Source: Octopus sinensis (lineage: Eukaryota). Taken from it: a stretch of 36,033 nt of DNA. The translations under genes and the position numbers were made by a program. Location of the stretch: positions 1-36,033 of the forward strand of contig NW_021826248.1 in NCBI RefSeq assembly GCF_006345805.1, in the 5' to 3' direction. The notes below the pieces were generated by a model. That model made no database searches, was not told the origin of the DNA, and saw nothing but the letters and a program-made list of their open reading frames with translations. Of this stretch, positions 1-12,219 are shown piece by piece (the stretch's first letter is position 1; each line of letters starts with the position of its first letter).

Positions 1-2056
1 CCCTAGATACAAATAACTTAGGGGTATCAAGCTGCTGGATCGGTAATGAAGGTTTACGGAGAGGTTATAGCCCAACTAATTAGAGAGAGGGAGCTTAGAT
101 GAGATGCAGTTTGGGTTTGTGCCATGGAAAAGTACTACTGATGCTATATTCCTGGTAAGACAGCTGCAGGAGAAATACCTAGCCAAAGATAAGCCCCTGT
201 ACCTGGCTTTGTTGACATGAGAAGCCTTTGACAGGTCCCCCGATCCCTTATCTGGTGGTCAATGAGGAAACTAGGATAGATGAATGGTTAGTGAGAGCTG
301 TGCGAGCCATGTACAGAGACGCTGCTAGCGAGGTGAGGGTGGCAACGAGTACAGTGAAGAACTCCGGGTAGAGGTTGGGTTCCACAAGGTTCAGTCCTCA
401 GTCCCCTCCTATTTATCATAGTCCTCCAGGCAATAACGAGGAATTCAAGACAGGATGCCCCTGGGAGCTCCTCTATGCTGATGACCTTGCTCTAATTGCT
501 GAGTCACTATCAGAACTGGAGGAGAAGTTTCAGGTGTGGAAGCAAGGTTTTAGAATCGAAGGGCCTTAGAATCAACCTAGCCAAAACCAAAGTCCTAATA
601 AGTAGGAAGATAGACCAATCACAGACGCCTCAGGTAGATGGCCTGCTCTGATGTGTAAAAAAGTGTAGGTAGAAACTCTATAAGGTGCACCAAGTGTAAG
701 CTATGGACACATAAGAAGTGCAGCAATGTCAAAGGAAGGCTAACTAGGAAAATAGTTTTTGTCTGTGGCAGATGCTCAGGAGTAATAAACACTGAAAATG
801 TGCAGAGACCAACTTCTACCATGTTCCAGGGAGAAAAACTAGAAGTAGTTGATAGCTTCCGCTACCTAGGTGACCAAGTCAGTAGCGGGGGTGGGTGTGC
901 TGAAAGTGTAACTGCTAGAGTAAGAATAGCCTGGGCAAAGTTTAGAGAGCTCTTACCCCTGCTGGTGACAAAAGGCCTCTCACTCAGAGTAAAAGGCAGA
1001 CTGTATGATGCATGTGTATGTACAGCCATGCTACATGGTAATGAAACATGGGCTGTGACTGCTGAGGATATTGTAAGCTCACTAGAAATGAAGCCAGTAT
1101 GCTCCGATGGATATGTAATGTCAGTGTTCATAATCGACAGAGTGGAAGTACCTTGAGAGAAAAGTGGACCAAAGAAGCATCAGTTGTGGTGTGCAAGAAA
1201 GACGTTGCGCTGGTATGGTCATGTGACGAGAATGGCTGAAGATAGTTGTGTGCAAAAGTGCCACACCCTAGCAGTTGAGGGAACTGTGGAAGAGGTAGAC
1301 CCAGGAAAACCTGGGACGAGGTGGTGAAGCACGACCTTCGAACTTAGGTCTCACCAAGGAAATAACTAGAGACTAGACCAATGGAAGTATGCTGTGTGTG
1401 AGAAGACCCGGTAAGACTAGTGAGACCATAACCCGTGGCCTCTTCCTGGTATGTAGCCAGTCGACTTATACATACCTTTCCTTCTTGGGACACAAAACTC
1501 CACTTGTGAAGACCCGTTGAGGCAAGTGAAATCAAAAATCAAACCAAATCAAATCAGATCAGAAAGCAGAACCAAATCGAAGTCGATCAACATCAATGGA
1601 AATTGCAGCTGTAATACCAGTGCTGATGACAAGTAAGCAAACCATCCGATTGTGGCCGTAGCCAGCGCCGCCTCGACTGGCCTCCGTGCCGGTGGCACGT
1701 AAAAGCACCATCCGCGTGGCCGTTGCCAGTGCCGCCCCGACTGGCCTTCGTGCCGGTGGAACGTAAGGGACCATCCGTTCGTGGCCGTTGCCAGCCCTGC
1801 TTGGGCCGCCGTGCGGTGGCACGTAATAGCTCCATCCGTTCGTGGCCGTTGGCAGCCTAGCCTGGACCCGTGCCAGTGGCACGTAAAAAGGACCCACTAC
1901 TCTCACGGAGTGGTTGGCGTCAGGAAGGGCATTCAGCCGTAGAACACTGCCAGATCAGACTGGGCCTGATGCAGCCTTCTGGCTTCACAGACCCCAGTTG
2001 AACCGTCCAACCCATGCTAGCATGGAAAGCGGAGGCTAAATGATGATGATGATGAT
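1..2056 (+). mobile_element. RTE-clade LINE, copy A (RT, C-terminus, 3' UTR, (TGA)n tail); heavily frameshifted
   Basis: ORF pieces ELLYADDLALIAES and EVVDSFRYLGD; ends ...gcatggaaagcggaggctaaa(tga)5. Essentially identical to 14592-16698 apart from 1-bp indels. Confidence 0.95.
1620..1897 (+). repeat. GC-rich tandem repeat (about 5 units of ~60-66 bp) in the RTE 3' UTR, copy A
   Basis: Recurring core gtgccggtggcacgtaaaagcaccatccg..gtggccgttgccag. Confidence 0.9.
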
Positions 2057-2199
2057 ATATATACGGTTAGCTCAACGTTAATATTTTGGTGAGCATAAAA
2101 GATGAATAAATGTCAGTAAATAATATTGATGTCTCACTAACAGCATCAAAATCCTTAGTGGGGAAATTTTAATGTAGGAAAAATTATTGGTTGATGTGG

Positions 2200-2385
2200 A
2201 GAATGAAAGCCAGATTCCTCCAAAGAGTTTGGCGCGTCCTGAAGAAGGCAATGTGCTGTTGAAATGGCTGCCACGTTCACCTGAGCTGACACCTTTTCCG
2301 TTTCTTTCTCAAGGAGGGCCTAGTCTATGTCTCTCCTCTTCCTGCAAGCCCAGAGGAACTTAAGCAGAGAATTATTACCATACTG
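2200..2385 (+). mobile_element. Tc1/mariner transposase C-terminal remnant, copy A
   Basis: LLKWLPRSPELTP, then (frameshift) FFL..VYVSPLPASPEELKQRIIT; resembles the WPPRSPDLTPxDFFLWG..VY..LEELKQRI motif. Confidence 0.7.
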
Positions 2386-3049
2386 GTCGTTAGATGTGCG
2401 AAAAATAACAGCTAAATAGCTCATAAATCACAGTTGATTTTTTAATTTTTTTGGTTGCATGACCGAACGAATTCTCGTGCGCAAAAATTTCTGAAAATTC
2501 CCCGAAATAAAAATATGTGACGAGGGATTATATTAGGTGCTTAAAGCAGCACTCCACACACACACAAAATTAAATAAATTAGAAAACCATATTAATTCTA
2601 ACTTTTAATGATGCAGAAGAACCACCAGAAATAAAGACTTCCTACGTTTCAAATAAAAGCCGTTTCATTTCCTCTCGATACGATATTTGCTTTTCGTTTC
2701 AGTATTTCAAGTGCACACTCACATTTTTGTACATTCCCCATTTCTTACTAATTACGTCGTAATTTTCCCGCATTTAACGAAATCGTCGAATTTACACGTT
2801 AGAAAGAAAGATAAATGTTATCTAAACAAGGGATTGATCCGACGTTTTTACAAATAATTTAGAAAATAACCAAAAGTGCAATGAAATGTCTAAAAGAAAA
2901 CGACAACACAATGAAAGTATTAAATTACAGCCTTTCGTATAATTTCGTTTTGTGAGATTTTTTTTCTTTTAACTTTCTCAACACATCGAAACAAATAAAT
3001 GTACATAATACGACACATATATAATAGAAATGTTTAAATAAATACTTAC

Positions 3050-3150
3050 ATAGTAATAGATATGGAGAGAAAGAGTGAAGGAGGAAGATGTGAGAACTGG
3101 AGTCAGAGTGGACAACGACAGCTTCAAGAGAATTTCTAGGTTTCTACAAC
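3050..3150 (-). other. Candidate non-coding 5' exon of a ZNF gene, copy A (5' boundary uncertain)
   Basis: Pyrimidine-rich minus-strand segment ending ...ctattactat|GTAAGTA, a strong donor at 3049. Its partner coding exon would lie left of the window. Confidence 0.4.
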
Positions 3151-3450
3151 AAACGTTAATTAATATTTTTCAGGTCCACATAATCGTAAATGCTGTATCT
3201 ATTTGTTTAGACAGTTAATTACCAATCATTTGTATATATTTGATTGGATTTTCTCTTAAATATCAGTTGTCAAGTGGAACTGATCAAACAATCAAGGTGC
3301 GTGAGAAACAAGAACAAGAAATACAATTAATGAGGAAGAGTTTTGGCAATGAACAACGGGAGTTAACTCCAGTCTTTAAAGAACTGCGGCTCTACTTTGG
3401 TAGATTTTGGATTTTGTGAAAGAGATTTCTTCAATACTCGGCTTCATCAC

Positions 3451-3673
3451 TGTTATGTGTAGTTTCCTTCTAATGGGATAGACAACTCAATACGAAGCAT
3501 AGTTATTCTTTTACGTGTTTATTTAGTTTTTCATGTTACAAGAAGTGGACTACACTCAGCGCAGCGACACTTATAACTTTAGACACAGCGTAGTAATACA
3601 AATATAAAATAGTGCCAAAAGCGGGGACGTATTCCACACACGCACGCCCACGCATATATATAAATGTGTAACA
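3451..3673 (-). repeat. 3' LTR of the host Gypsy, copy A (223 bp, TGTTA...TAACA)
   Basis: Direct repeat of 8674-8870; terminal inverted TGTTA/TAACA; minus-strand polypurine tract AAGAAGAAAAGA adjacent at 3685-3674. Confidence 0.9.
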
Positions 3674-3929
3674 TCTTTTCTTCTTGAAAAAAAAGGGGTC
3701 TTTTGGCAATGAAGACAAATATAGTAGTCTCCCTTACTCTAATGGATTGTCAGCGAGAGGTGGCCATCCTGCAGCAGAAACCGTGAGATTATTCTGCCTC
3801 TGCTTTGTAATCGAGCAGAATTAGTTATTTATCTTTTAATTTAATTTTTTTTTTGAAAAAACTTTATCATGAACAAAAAGAGAAAATATTATTTCTTTAA
3901 CGGTATCGAACCGGTGGCAGGATGTTCTT

Positions 3930-4558
3930 TCTACATCTGGTGATCTTGTGCTTAGCACCGGTATCTGAAGTGTGTTGTTGGGCTGCTGATGGGTGGTTGG
4001 TGCCCATTGGGATGATGATTCTGTGGGTGTTGTCACTGATGCAGCAGGTGTTGTACTCGTTGTCTGCTGATGGGTGATTGTTACATTTATAATGTGGTGG
4101 ACCTTTAACCTTTGTCCTTCCATCTCCTGTTTATCATGTGAGGATAGTCTGGAAAGAACATCCGCCAATATCAGGTCTTTTCCTGGCTTGTACCTGATAT
4201 CATAGTCGTATGTTTGAAGCCTTAACAGTAATCTTTGCAGTCTGGCTGGTGCTTTTGTCAGGTTTTTTTCTATGTATTTGTTCTAGCGGGCGATGGTCTG
4301 TTTCAATATTGAAATGTCTGTCATACAGGTATGTATGGAACTTTTCACATCCATATACTACTGCCAGGAGTTCCCTTTCAATATTTGCATACCTTGTCTC
4401 CGTGGGTGAGAGAGCTTTCGAGGCATATGCAATGGGTTTACCTTCCTGTATCAGTGCTGGGCCAACTCCTCTCATAGAAGCATCGACTTGGAGTGTTACT
4501 GGTTTGCGTCTGTCATAGTATTGCAGAGTTGTCACTTTACTGATGAGCTTTTTGATTT
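3930..4558 (-). pseudogene. pol: Gypsy pol: RT connection, RNase H and truncated tail, copy A
   Basis: KKLISKVTTLQYYD...LQVDASMRGVG...PIAYASKALSPTETRYANIERELLAVVYGCEKFHTYLY...ETDHRPL...LADVLSR. Confidence 0.92.
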
Positions 4559-5045
4559 TGTAAAGGGAACTGGTTGCTTCTTTACACTTTTGGGGTGCAA
4601 CTTGGGTGCAACACAATTTCCTTTCTTTAGATTCCAGAAACTTCCAGTCATGAACAAGAACACAACCTTAAAAAATATATATATCTCTTTATTTTCTTAT
4701 TTACAACAGAAATTCGTTGGTATCTTGGTATCCACTTGGTGAGAAATAGCAAAACTGAATTTTGACGTTTGTAAGCTTGTTACAACAATTCAGCAGCAAT
4801 AGAACAGGTATTCAACAGCAACAGAGCAAGTCGTCTCGGCGCTATTAAGGAAAACGCCCTAGTCTGTCCCCTTCAGTCTCTAGTGCATGCGCATGAGGGA
4901 ACTTTATGCCTTTCCAGAAGGTTCCAACCCCGCACATGCGCACTGAAGAAGTACGTACCGCACACGCACCTGAAGAAGTACGTACCGCACACGCACCTGA
5001 AGAATGACGTTGCATGTGCGCGCACTGGAATATGACGTCAGTATA
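4559..5045 (-). repeat. 3' LTR of the nested element, copy A (~487 bp)
   Basis: Preceded on the minus strand by PPT-like GAGGGGGAG (~5058-5050); 4843-5045 repeats 6174-6352; contains a 27-bp tandem duplication and AATAAA. Confidence 0.8.
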
Positions 5046-5267
5046 AAGGCTCCCCCTCGAGTGCGGAAGCACGAAACAAAATTCCTTGTAGTGGCTTCAG
5101 AATATAAGGTGGATACCAAATCACCAAAATGGCACACAATATGACTAATTAAAACAAAAAAAAAATCCATAATATAAACAAGCATGCAGCAACGGAAAAG
5201 AAAAAATACTCAAATGAACAAAGTTCAATTAGTATCGTAACTGTCACTGGGAAGTCAATTGAGAATG

Positions 5268-6172
5268 TTAAATATAAATCGTCTTTGAAAGTTTCTTTGG
5301 CCAGTGAACAGTTCTGCCTGACCTCGTAACATAAGGTTTGTTCAAGGCGGGCTGCGACGACGAAGGGGGTGTTGCCGCTGTTGGTGTTGTCAAAGGCGCA
5401 TGTGAAGGCTCAACGATGCTTGTGGCAGTGGGGTCATCAAAAGATGTGGACACCTCAAAATATGCCCTTTTAAGACGATCTACGGAGACGGTCTCCGAAC
5501 GACCGTTAATGTCAAGTTTGAATACTTTCGGCGTGCGGGAAATCACACGGAAAGGTCCTTTATAAGGAGAAACAAGAGGTCCTTTGACAGAATCATCACG
5601 AACAAAGACATGCGTCCAAGAAGCAAGATCTGATGGCACATTAGAAGGAGGATTTTGGTGTCGAGGGCCCATAGGAGGAAGTGCAGAAAAATATCTGCGT
5701 AGTCGAGCAACATAAGACTCTAAATTAAGAGACTGTGATTTATCTGGCACCAACATCGTACCAGGCAATGCCAGTGTGGTACCATACAAGAGCTCGGCAG
5801 CAGAAAAACCAAGGTCTGCTTTAATCGCAGTCCAACATCCAAGCAGGACGATAGGAAGAAATTCAGTCCACAACTGTGGATTCGGCGAGGCAAGCAACGC
5901 GGCCTTAAGTTGCCTGTGGAAACGCTCCACCATCCCATTAGAAGCGGGATGGTAACTAGTGGTGCGTATATGATGTATCCCCAGGATTCGTGATAACTCA
6001 CGAAATAAAACCGCTTCGAATTGTCGACCACGATCTGTTGTTAAACTGGACGGTACACCATACCTAGAAATCCAATTAGACACGAAAGCTTTTGCAGCAG
6101 TTTCAGCAGAAATGTCTGCTATAGGAATAGCTTCTGGCCAACGTGAGAAACGTTCGATACAAGTTAAAATAT
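5268..6172 (-). pseudogene. Gypsy integrase (catalytic core and C-terminus only), copy A
   Basis: [17 protein letters not shown]...[16 protein letters not shown]...[23 protein letters not shown]...HVFVRDD...[15 protein letters not shown]...YVTRSGR. Confidence 0.92.
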
Positions 6173-6173
6173 A

Positions 6174-6352
6174 TATTAAGGAAAACGTCCTAGTCTGTCC
6201 CCTTCAGTCTCTAGCGCATGCGCATGAGGGAACTTCCCTATGCCTTTCCAGAAGGTTCCAACCCCGCACATGCGCACAGAAGAAGGATGTTTCGCACACG
6301 CACTTGAAGAATGACGTTACGTGTGCGCGCACTGGAATATGACGTCACTACA
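6174..6352 (-). repeat. Truncated 5' LTR of the nested element, copy A
   Basis: Begins TGTAGTGACGTCATATTCC and is fused directly to the integrase core at ...CCTTAATA|TAT. Confidence 0.8.
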
Positions 6353-7640
6353 ATTGCTTCGAAATCCTGTGTGTGTGAAGCAAACCAATCAAACTCTACG
6401 TCATCTTTGTTTAGTTCTCGGAGACTTGCAGTGTGATCAGCCAGCTTGAGTATGAAGGCTCCCATGTAGTGAATGAGTCCCAGGAAGCTCCAGAGTTCCT
6501 TCTTGTCTTTAGGTTCTTTAATGTCTCTGATGGCTTCCACTTTAGCGGGGTCTGGTTTCACTCCCTCTGCAGAGTATATAATTCCAAAGAAGTTGCACTC
6601 CTTTGCTTTGATCACACATTTGTTTGCATTGAGTTTGATGCCTGCTTGTCGGGTTTTCTCCATAGCTTCATGTAAACTGAAGTCATGTGTGGTCTCATCC
6701 TTGCCATGCACTTGGATGTCATCTGCTATTCCAATTGCTCCCTTGCAGCCTTGGTAGGTTTCATCTATTTGGCGCTGGAAAACATCTTGGCTCACCTTCA
6801 ATCCAAATGGGAGTCGGTTGAATCGATATCTGCCAAAATTGTGTGTTGAAGGTAGTGAGAATGGATGACTCTTTGTCTATCTTTACATTCCAGTACCCAT
6901 TACTGACATCCAGTTTGCGAAATAATCTGGACCCAGCCAATGATGGTGTGATTTCTTCAAGGGTTGGAATTGGATGGTACTCTCTTTTTAATGTCTTGCT
7001 CAGGTCCCTTGGGTCGAGGCATATCCGTAGGGTACCATTGGGTTTTTCCTTGATTACAATTGAATTCACCCTGTCTGTTGGTCGTGTCACTTTGGTGATT
7101 ATTTCTTTTTTTTCCATTCTGTCCAACTCAGTCTTCAGCTTCTCTTTTAGTTCTAGAGGGACGCGGCGAGGTGGGTGAACAATTGGTTTGATATTGGGGT
7201 CGACTGTTATATGGTATCGACATTTCACAAAGCACCCGACTGTATCGTCAAAGCATTCAGGGTACATGCTTATCAGTTCCTCTTTGTTTGTGATTGGTGG
7301 TCGGTCTTTGATAGGCATATCTCTGTCAATCCTGCTCGGAGTTGCCTTCACTTCACCATTGATTGACACAATATTTAGCTTTTTGCAGGTATTAGTCCAA
7401 GAATTGATTGTTTTTCCTTCGTGTGTCCTGTGATTGTTGTTTTGCCCAGTTGTGGAATCCTGGTACCTCCGTACGCAGTGAGGATTACATCACTTGGTGT
7501 GAGGATTCCTTCTTTGACTTTATCCTCTTGTGTCATGTGTTCTGGGAACATCTTTTTGTGGAGGTTGACAGGCAAGATATCACTCTGGGCTCCAGTGTCA
7601 ATCTTCAGCCTTAAGTCAATTTATTCGTTTCTTGCCAGAC
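6353..7640 (-). pseudogene. pol: Gypsy pol: aspartic protease and reverse transcriptase (frameshifted), copy A
   Basis: KIDTGAQSDILP (seen in the copy-B ORF), VHPPRRVP, NGTLRICLDPRDL, GIADDI, KPDPAKVEAI, FLGLIHY. Confidence 0.92.
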
Positions 7641-7653
7641 TTCTTTTGTATTC

Positions 7654-8548
7654 TTATTGTTGTGTATGCCTCATTTTTTCTTGGTCGTCATTCCCCATCT
7701 CATGCACATTTATTGTGCCGACTGCCAAGAATTCCTCCTCTGAGGTGTTTTGTTCCTGTAGTTGTGCATGTATATCTCTTTGTCTTCTCTTTGAAAATTG
7801 GGGCTTGTATTTCTGGGATTTTGTCAACCTACACATTTCCCCCCAGTGGTTAGGTTTTCCACATGCTTTGCAGTGTATACCGAACGCAGGACATTTCTTC
7901 CGGTTGTCGAACTCATGCTCTGTACCACAGTACTGGCATGTTCTTTGTTTGCAGGTATGTTTCGTCCTGTGCCTAGATACAATATCTACACTGCTGCCTA
8001 GTGAGCTTGTTTGTAAGGTAAGTGAGGCCATTTGTTTGGTAGTGGCTTCGAATGCTCTTGCAGTGTCTACTGCTTCTATCAACTGGAGAGCGTCCTTACC
8101 TATGAGGGATTTCTGAACTTCTTTATGAGCACACCCCCATATTAATTGATCAACAATTCTTTTGTCCTTATCTTTGAATTTGCATTTTTCGGCAACATTC
8201 TTCAGTCTGGACAGGAAATTGTCAATCGTTTCTTGTGGGTCTTGTTTTAGGGCCTGGAATTCGTATCTGTGAATTCTATGGTTCGATCTGGGCTCTAGGT
8301 GCCTTTCAAATTTCTCTAAAAGTGTGTCTGGGTTATTGCAATCCGATTCTGACATGTCCCAGCTATTGAATAGGTCTAGGCCCTTCTCTCCCGTCCATGT
8401 AGCTCACCTTTTCATCTTCAGTCGTGCCTTTCAGGAAACTTTCGAAAGCTAGTTGAGTTTTGAATTTCTTGAACGCTTCCATGATATCATCGGAGTCCCA
8501 GTTCATGATCGGATGTAGATTCATCTGTACGGCGACGGAGGTCGCCAT
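7654..8548 (-). pseudogene. gag: Gypsy gag (frameshifted), copy A
   Basis: ORFs 8363-8548 and 7654-8355: RYEFQALKQDPQETIDNFLSRLKNVAEKCKF; Cys/His knuckles CQYCGTEH...C and CKACGKPNHWGEMC. Confidence 0.88.
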
Positions 8549-8655
8549 TTTGGATCCTCGTGTATGTGTGTCCGAAGACGAAGCGATGTTTTGTTTGTTA
8601 ATTTCTGGTTCGTTGTGTTTCTGTTTTGTTGTAAAGGCACAGTTTCCGATTAATT

Positions 8656-8673
8656 ATCCCACCGCTGCCACCA
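8656..8673 (-). promoter_or_regulatory. Primer-binding site complementary to the 3' end of tRNA-Leu, copy A
   Basis: Minus strand TGGTGGCAGCGGTGGGAT; the plus strand ATCCCACCGCTGCCACCA matches the 3' 18 nt (with CCA) of animal tRNA-Leu(AAG/UAG) as I recall it. Confidence 0.85.
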
Positions 8674-8870
8674 TGTTATGTGTTATTTCGTTCTAATGGG
8701 ATAAACAACCAATATGAAGCCATTGTTATTCTTTTACGTGTTTATTTACTTTTTCATGTTACACGAACTGGACTACATTCAGCGCAGCGACACCTATATA
8801 ACTTTAGACACAGCGTAGTAATACTTATAAAATAGTGCCAAAAGCGGGGACGCATTCCACACATGCACGT
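8674..8870 (-). repeat. 5' LTR of the host Gypsy, copy A (outer ~25 bp missing)
   Basis: Roughly 90% identical by eye to 3451-3647; directly abuts the PBS. Confidence 0.9.
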
Positions 8871-9532
8871 GGCTCTACTTTATAGATTTGGTATTTTGTG
8901 AAAGAGATTTCTTCAATATTCGGCTTCATCACTATTATTGTTATTATCACCAACCCTTTTCCGTTTTACGGCCACGTGTTGAAATGTTCGAGTGTAGGGA
9001 AAATTTCCGTATTTGAGTTATCCCTATAATTTTCCACGCTGAATTCCATCAGTTAATTTGCTTCTTCCACATAAAAATTTTTTTTAAAGTTACTGTGGTT
9101 TAAAGTTTGATCATTCTTACCCATTTAGAAAACAATATTTGGAAGCTGTCATTTTGTTCATGTAAAAAAAGGGGGGTGAAATATCAAATTATTGTGATTT
9201 TGTACTTTTTACACGGAAATTCATACGATTCTGCAAATACGTGATAGAAAAAACTTAGTTCAATTAAAAAACAAATTACTTTTAACTATGCACTATCCAT
9301 CACCATTTCTACCATTTCCTCCACCACAACCATCATCTCTCTCTCTCTGTCTCTTTGTGCCTCAAATCTCACCATCAGAACATCACTACTCTGCTAAAAT
9401 TATATTGCTAACGTCTCTATATCATCAACTTCAACTAACTTTTTTAACCATGTAATAACTATTATGTTCCCCCTATCACATATCATGTACGCTTCTCTCT
9501 GTCCCTCTTTCTATCTTACTCTTTGCTTTAAT

Positions 9533-9925
9533 ATATGGGTGCTTGAAACTCTCAGAAAAGATTTGCTGGGACTAGTATTCCGTTTGGGATATGCTTTTGA
9601 AATGGAAAGAAAGCATGCCCTTCTTTGGAAACGACTTGTGACTGGAGATGAAAAATGGATTGCATGCTTAGTGTTGTGCAAAACTGATCCTGGAGTTTGC
9701 AGAAATATCCCCCAAGCAACCAAAGATGAATATCCATGGCAACACACCTGTGCTTTGTGGGATCATAAAGGCATTAATATGACCTTCTCCCATAAAACCA
9801 GACCATTAATTCTGATGTGTTCTGTTATCAACTGGCTAATTTGAACCAAAATATATCAAAGAACTGCGGCTGGAGATTACCAACAGAAAAGCATTAGTCT
9901 TCCAACAAGACAATGCCCGACCATT
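9533..9925 (+). mobile_element. Mariner transposase fragment, copy A
   Basis: IWV..., KRLVTGDEKWI, WDHKGI, (frameshifted) TINSDVFCYQL...VFQQDNARP: first and second catalytic-Asp regions of mariner DDD transposases. Confidence 0.85.
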
Positions 9926-10837
9926 GTCAAAAAGAAAGGATTCACCCTATCTCCCTCATATTCCTTATAGTCTTCATTGTTATCATTTTTATGTCGTATG
10001 TTTTTTAAACCAATATTCTTTCACCAGATGCATTCTTAATTGAATTCTTGTCTTTTTGCTTTGCATCTTGTTCAGATTTAAGTCTTTAATTTTATAAATA
10101 TATATTTATATAATCTTTTAGCTGTTTATCCATTATCCAAAAACAAAAGGTCCCGGTCACTAGTCATGGCCTCGGTGTCTAGTGAGGCAATGGATTGGGT
10201 TATTCCTGAAACCAAAACACTCTAAAGTGGAGCCTGTATTGTGTCTGCATCAAAAGATAGTCGCTCATCTGCTATTCACTGAAAACTGGAGGAAATTGGA
10301 ATACGGTAATTACTTAATACACTTTATGAACAATTTTATAGACACAGCACTCATAAAATAAATATTCGCTCATATTTTCCCAGTTTTCTCATTAACAGAA
10401 AAAAATTACATTTTAAAATTTACATGGGCACAATTTCTTATCTAAAAGACGAGAAGTGTATACTAAGGAAATTACCTTATATGTAGAATATAGGGGTCAC
10501 AATTTAATGTAACATGGCCTACTCTGAAAACCACATCAGTTGTAACTTGTAAGCCAAGGTGATGGGTCAGAGAGCCAACACACATTTCAATTTGTAGGTG
10601 TTGTAAGAGAACTTAGTTCAAGTAAAAAAAAAAAAACATTACTTTTTACTCTGTATTCACCACCACAACCACCACCATCATCTGTCTCTCTCTACCTTTC
10701 TTTAATCTCTCCATCAGAACATTACCCACCTTCTAAAATTATATTACACGTACATTATTTTTGTGGGAGGTTTGGATAATATTTTTTGCAAGGTAATTAC
10801 AAATCACATAAGGAGACCGGAGAAAAGTTTGATATTA

Positions 10838-10843
10838 TTTATT
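10838..10843 (-). terminator. Possible polyadenylation signal of the ZNF gene
   Basis: AATAAA on the minus strand followed by T/GT-rich sequence; weak evidence in AT-rich DNA. Confidence 0.25.
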
Positions 10844-11199
10844 CAGCATTACATGTGTTTCATTTCCTAACAGGAATCAAAAACTTTTACATGTAGAGAA
10901 AACATGTAAGATGTTTCTATAAGAAATTTTTCAGACATACATGTGTCTGTATGCGTGTGTACCCTTGTCCAGATATTATGTGATGTTCGTAAAAGGCCAT
11001 CATGACCGTCATACTTGTACAGTTGTTCACTTCCAGTCCTCTGCGTAAAATATGTCTCACCAGGGAAAATATTTCCTTGCTTGGAAACAGGTGAAAATTG
11101 GTCACAAGAAAGGGACCCAGATGTAGAAAATCTGCATCAATGAATTCCATCTGATCCACAGAAGCATGAATAGGAGAATGTTAAATGATGAGGATCATC

Positions 11200-12219
<1,020 letters not shown>

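Larger units (their letters stand above)
4559..6352 (-). mobile_element. Nested, internally deleted Ty3/Gypsy element (CsRN1-like integrase) inserted in the host pol, copy A
   Basis: TGT...ACA termini; flanked by ATTT (4555-4558) and ATTG (6353-6356), a 4-bp TSD with one mismatch. Host frame ...DFEAI|KKLISK... rejoins if the insert is removed. Confidence 0.88.
3451..8870 (-). mobile_element. Ty3/Gypsy LTR retrotransposon (probably Mag-like), integrase core deleted, copy A
   Basis: LTR-PBS-gag-PR-RT-RNaseH-PPT-LTR order. RT motif GIADDI. After RNase H the frame jumps to a low-complexity tail (PVLSTRS..RF) with no rve core. Confidence 0.92.
1..10118. repeat. Segmental duplication, copy A (extends beyond the left window edge)
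   Basis: Colinear with 14592-24709 from base 1 (ccctagatacaaataact) to the shared end ...tatatttatataatcttt, after which the copies are unrelated (tagctg vs catcag). Confidence 0.97.

Noticed and set aside
1620-1897. Regularly spaced GC-rich repeats resembling a CRISPR array
   Set aside because: The 'spacers' are homologous to each other, the context is a eukaryotic LINE 3' UTR, and there are no cas genes.
6433-8116. Plus-strand ORFs of 80-231 aa (and their equivalents at 21037-22652)
   Set aside because: Antisense shadows of Gypsy gag/pol; no recognisable motifs, and not conserved in length between the copies.
10146-10195. Minus-strand TEAMTSDRDL, similar to the RTE C-terminus, next to the duplication junction
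   Set aside because: Only ~35 bp; too short to call or to implicate in the breakpoint.
10917-11159. 80-aa ORF downstream of the ZNF
   Set aside because: No domain; lies in the presumed 3' UTR.
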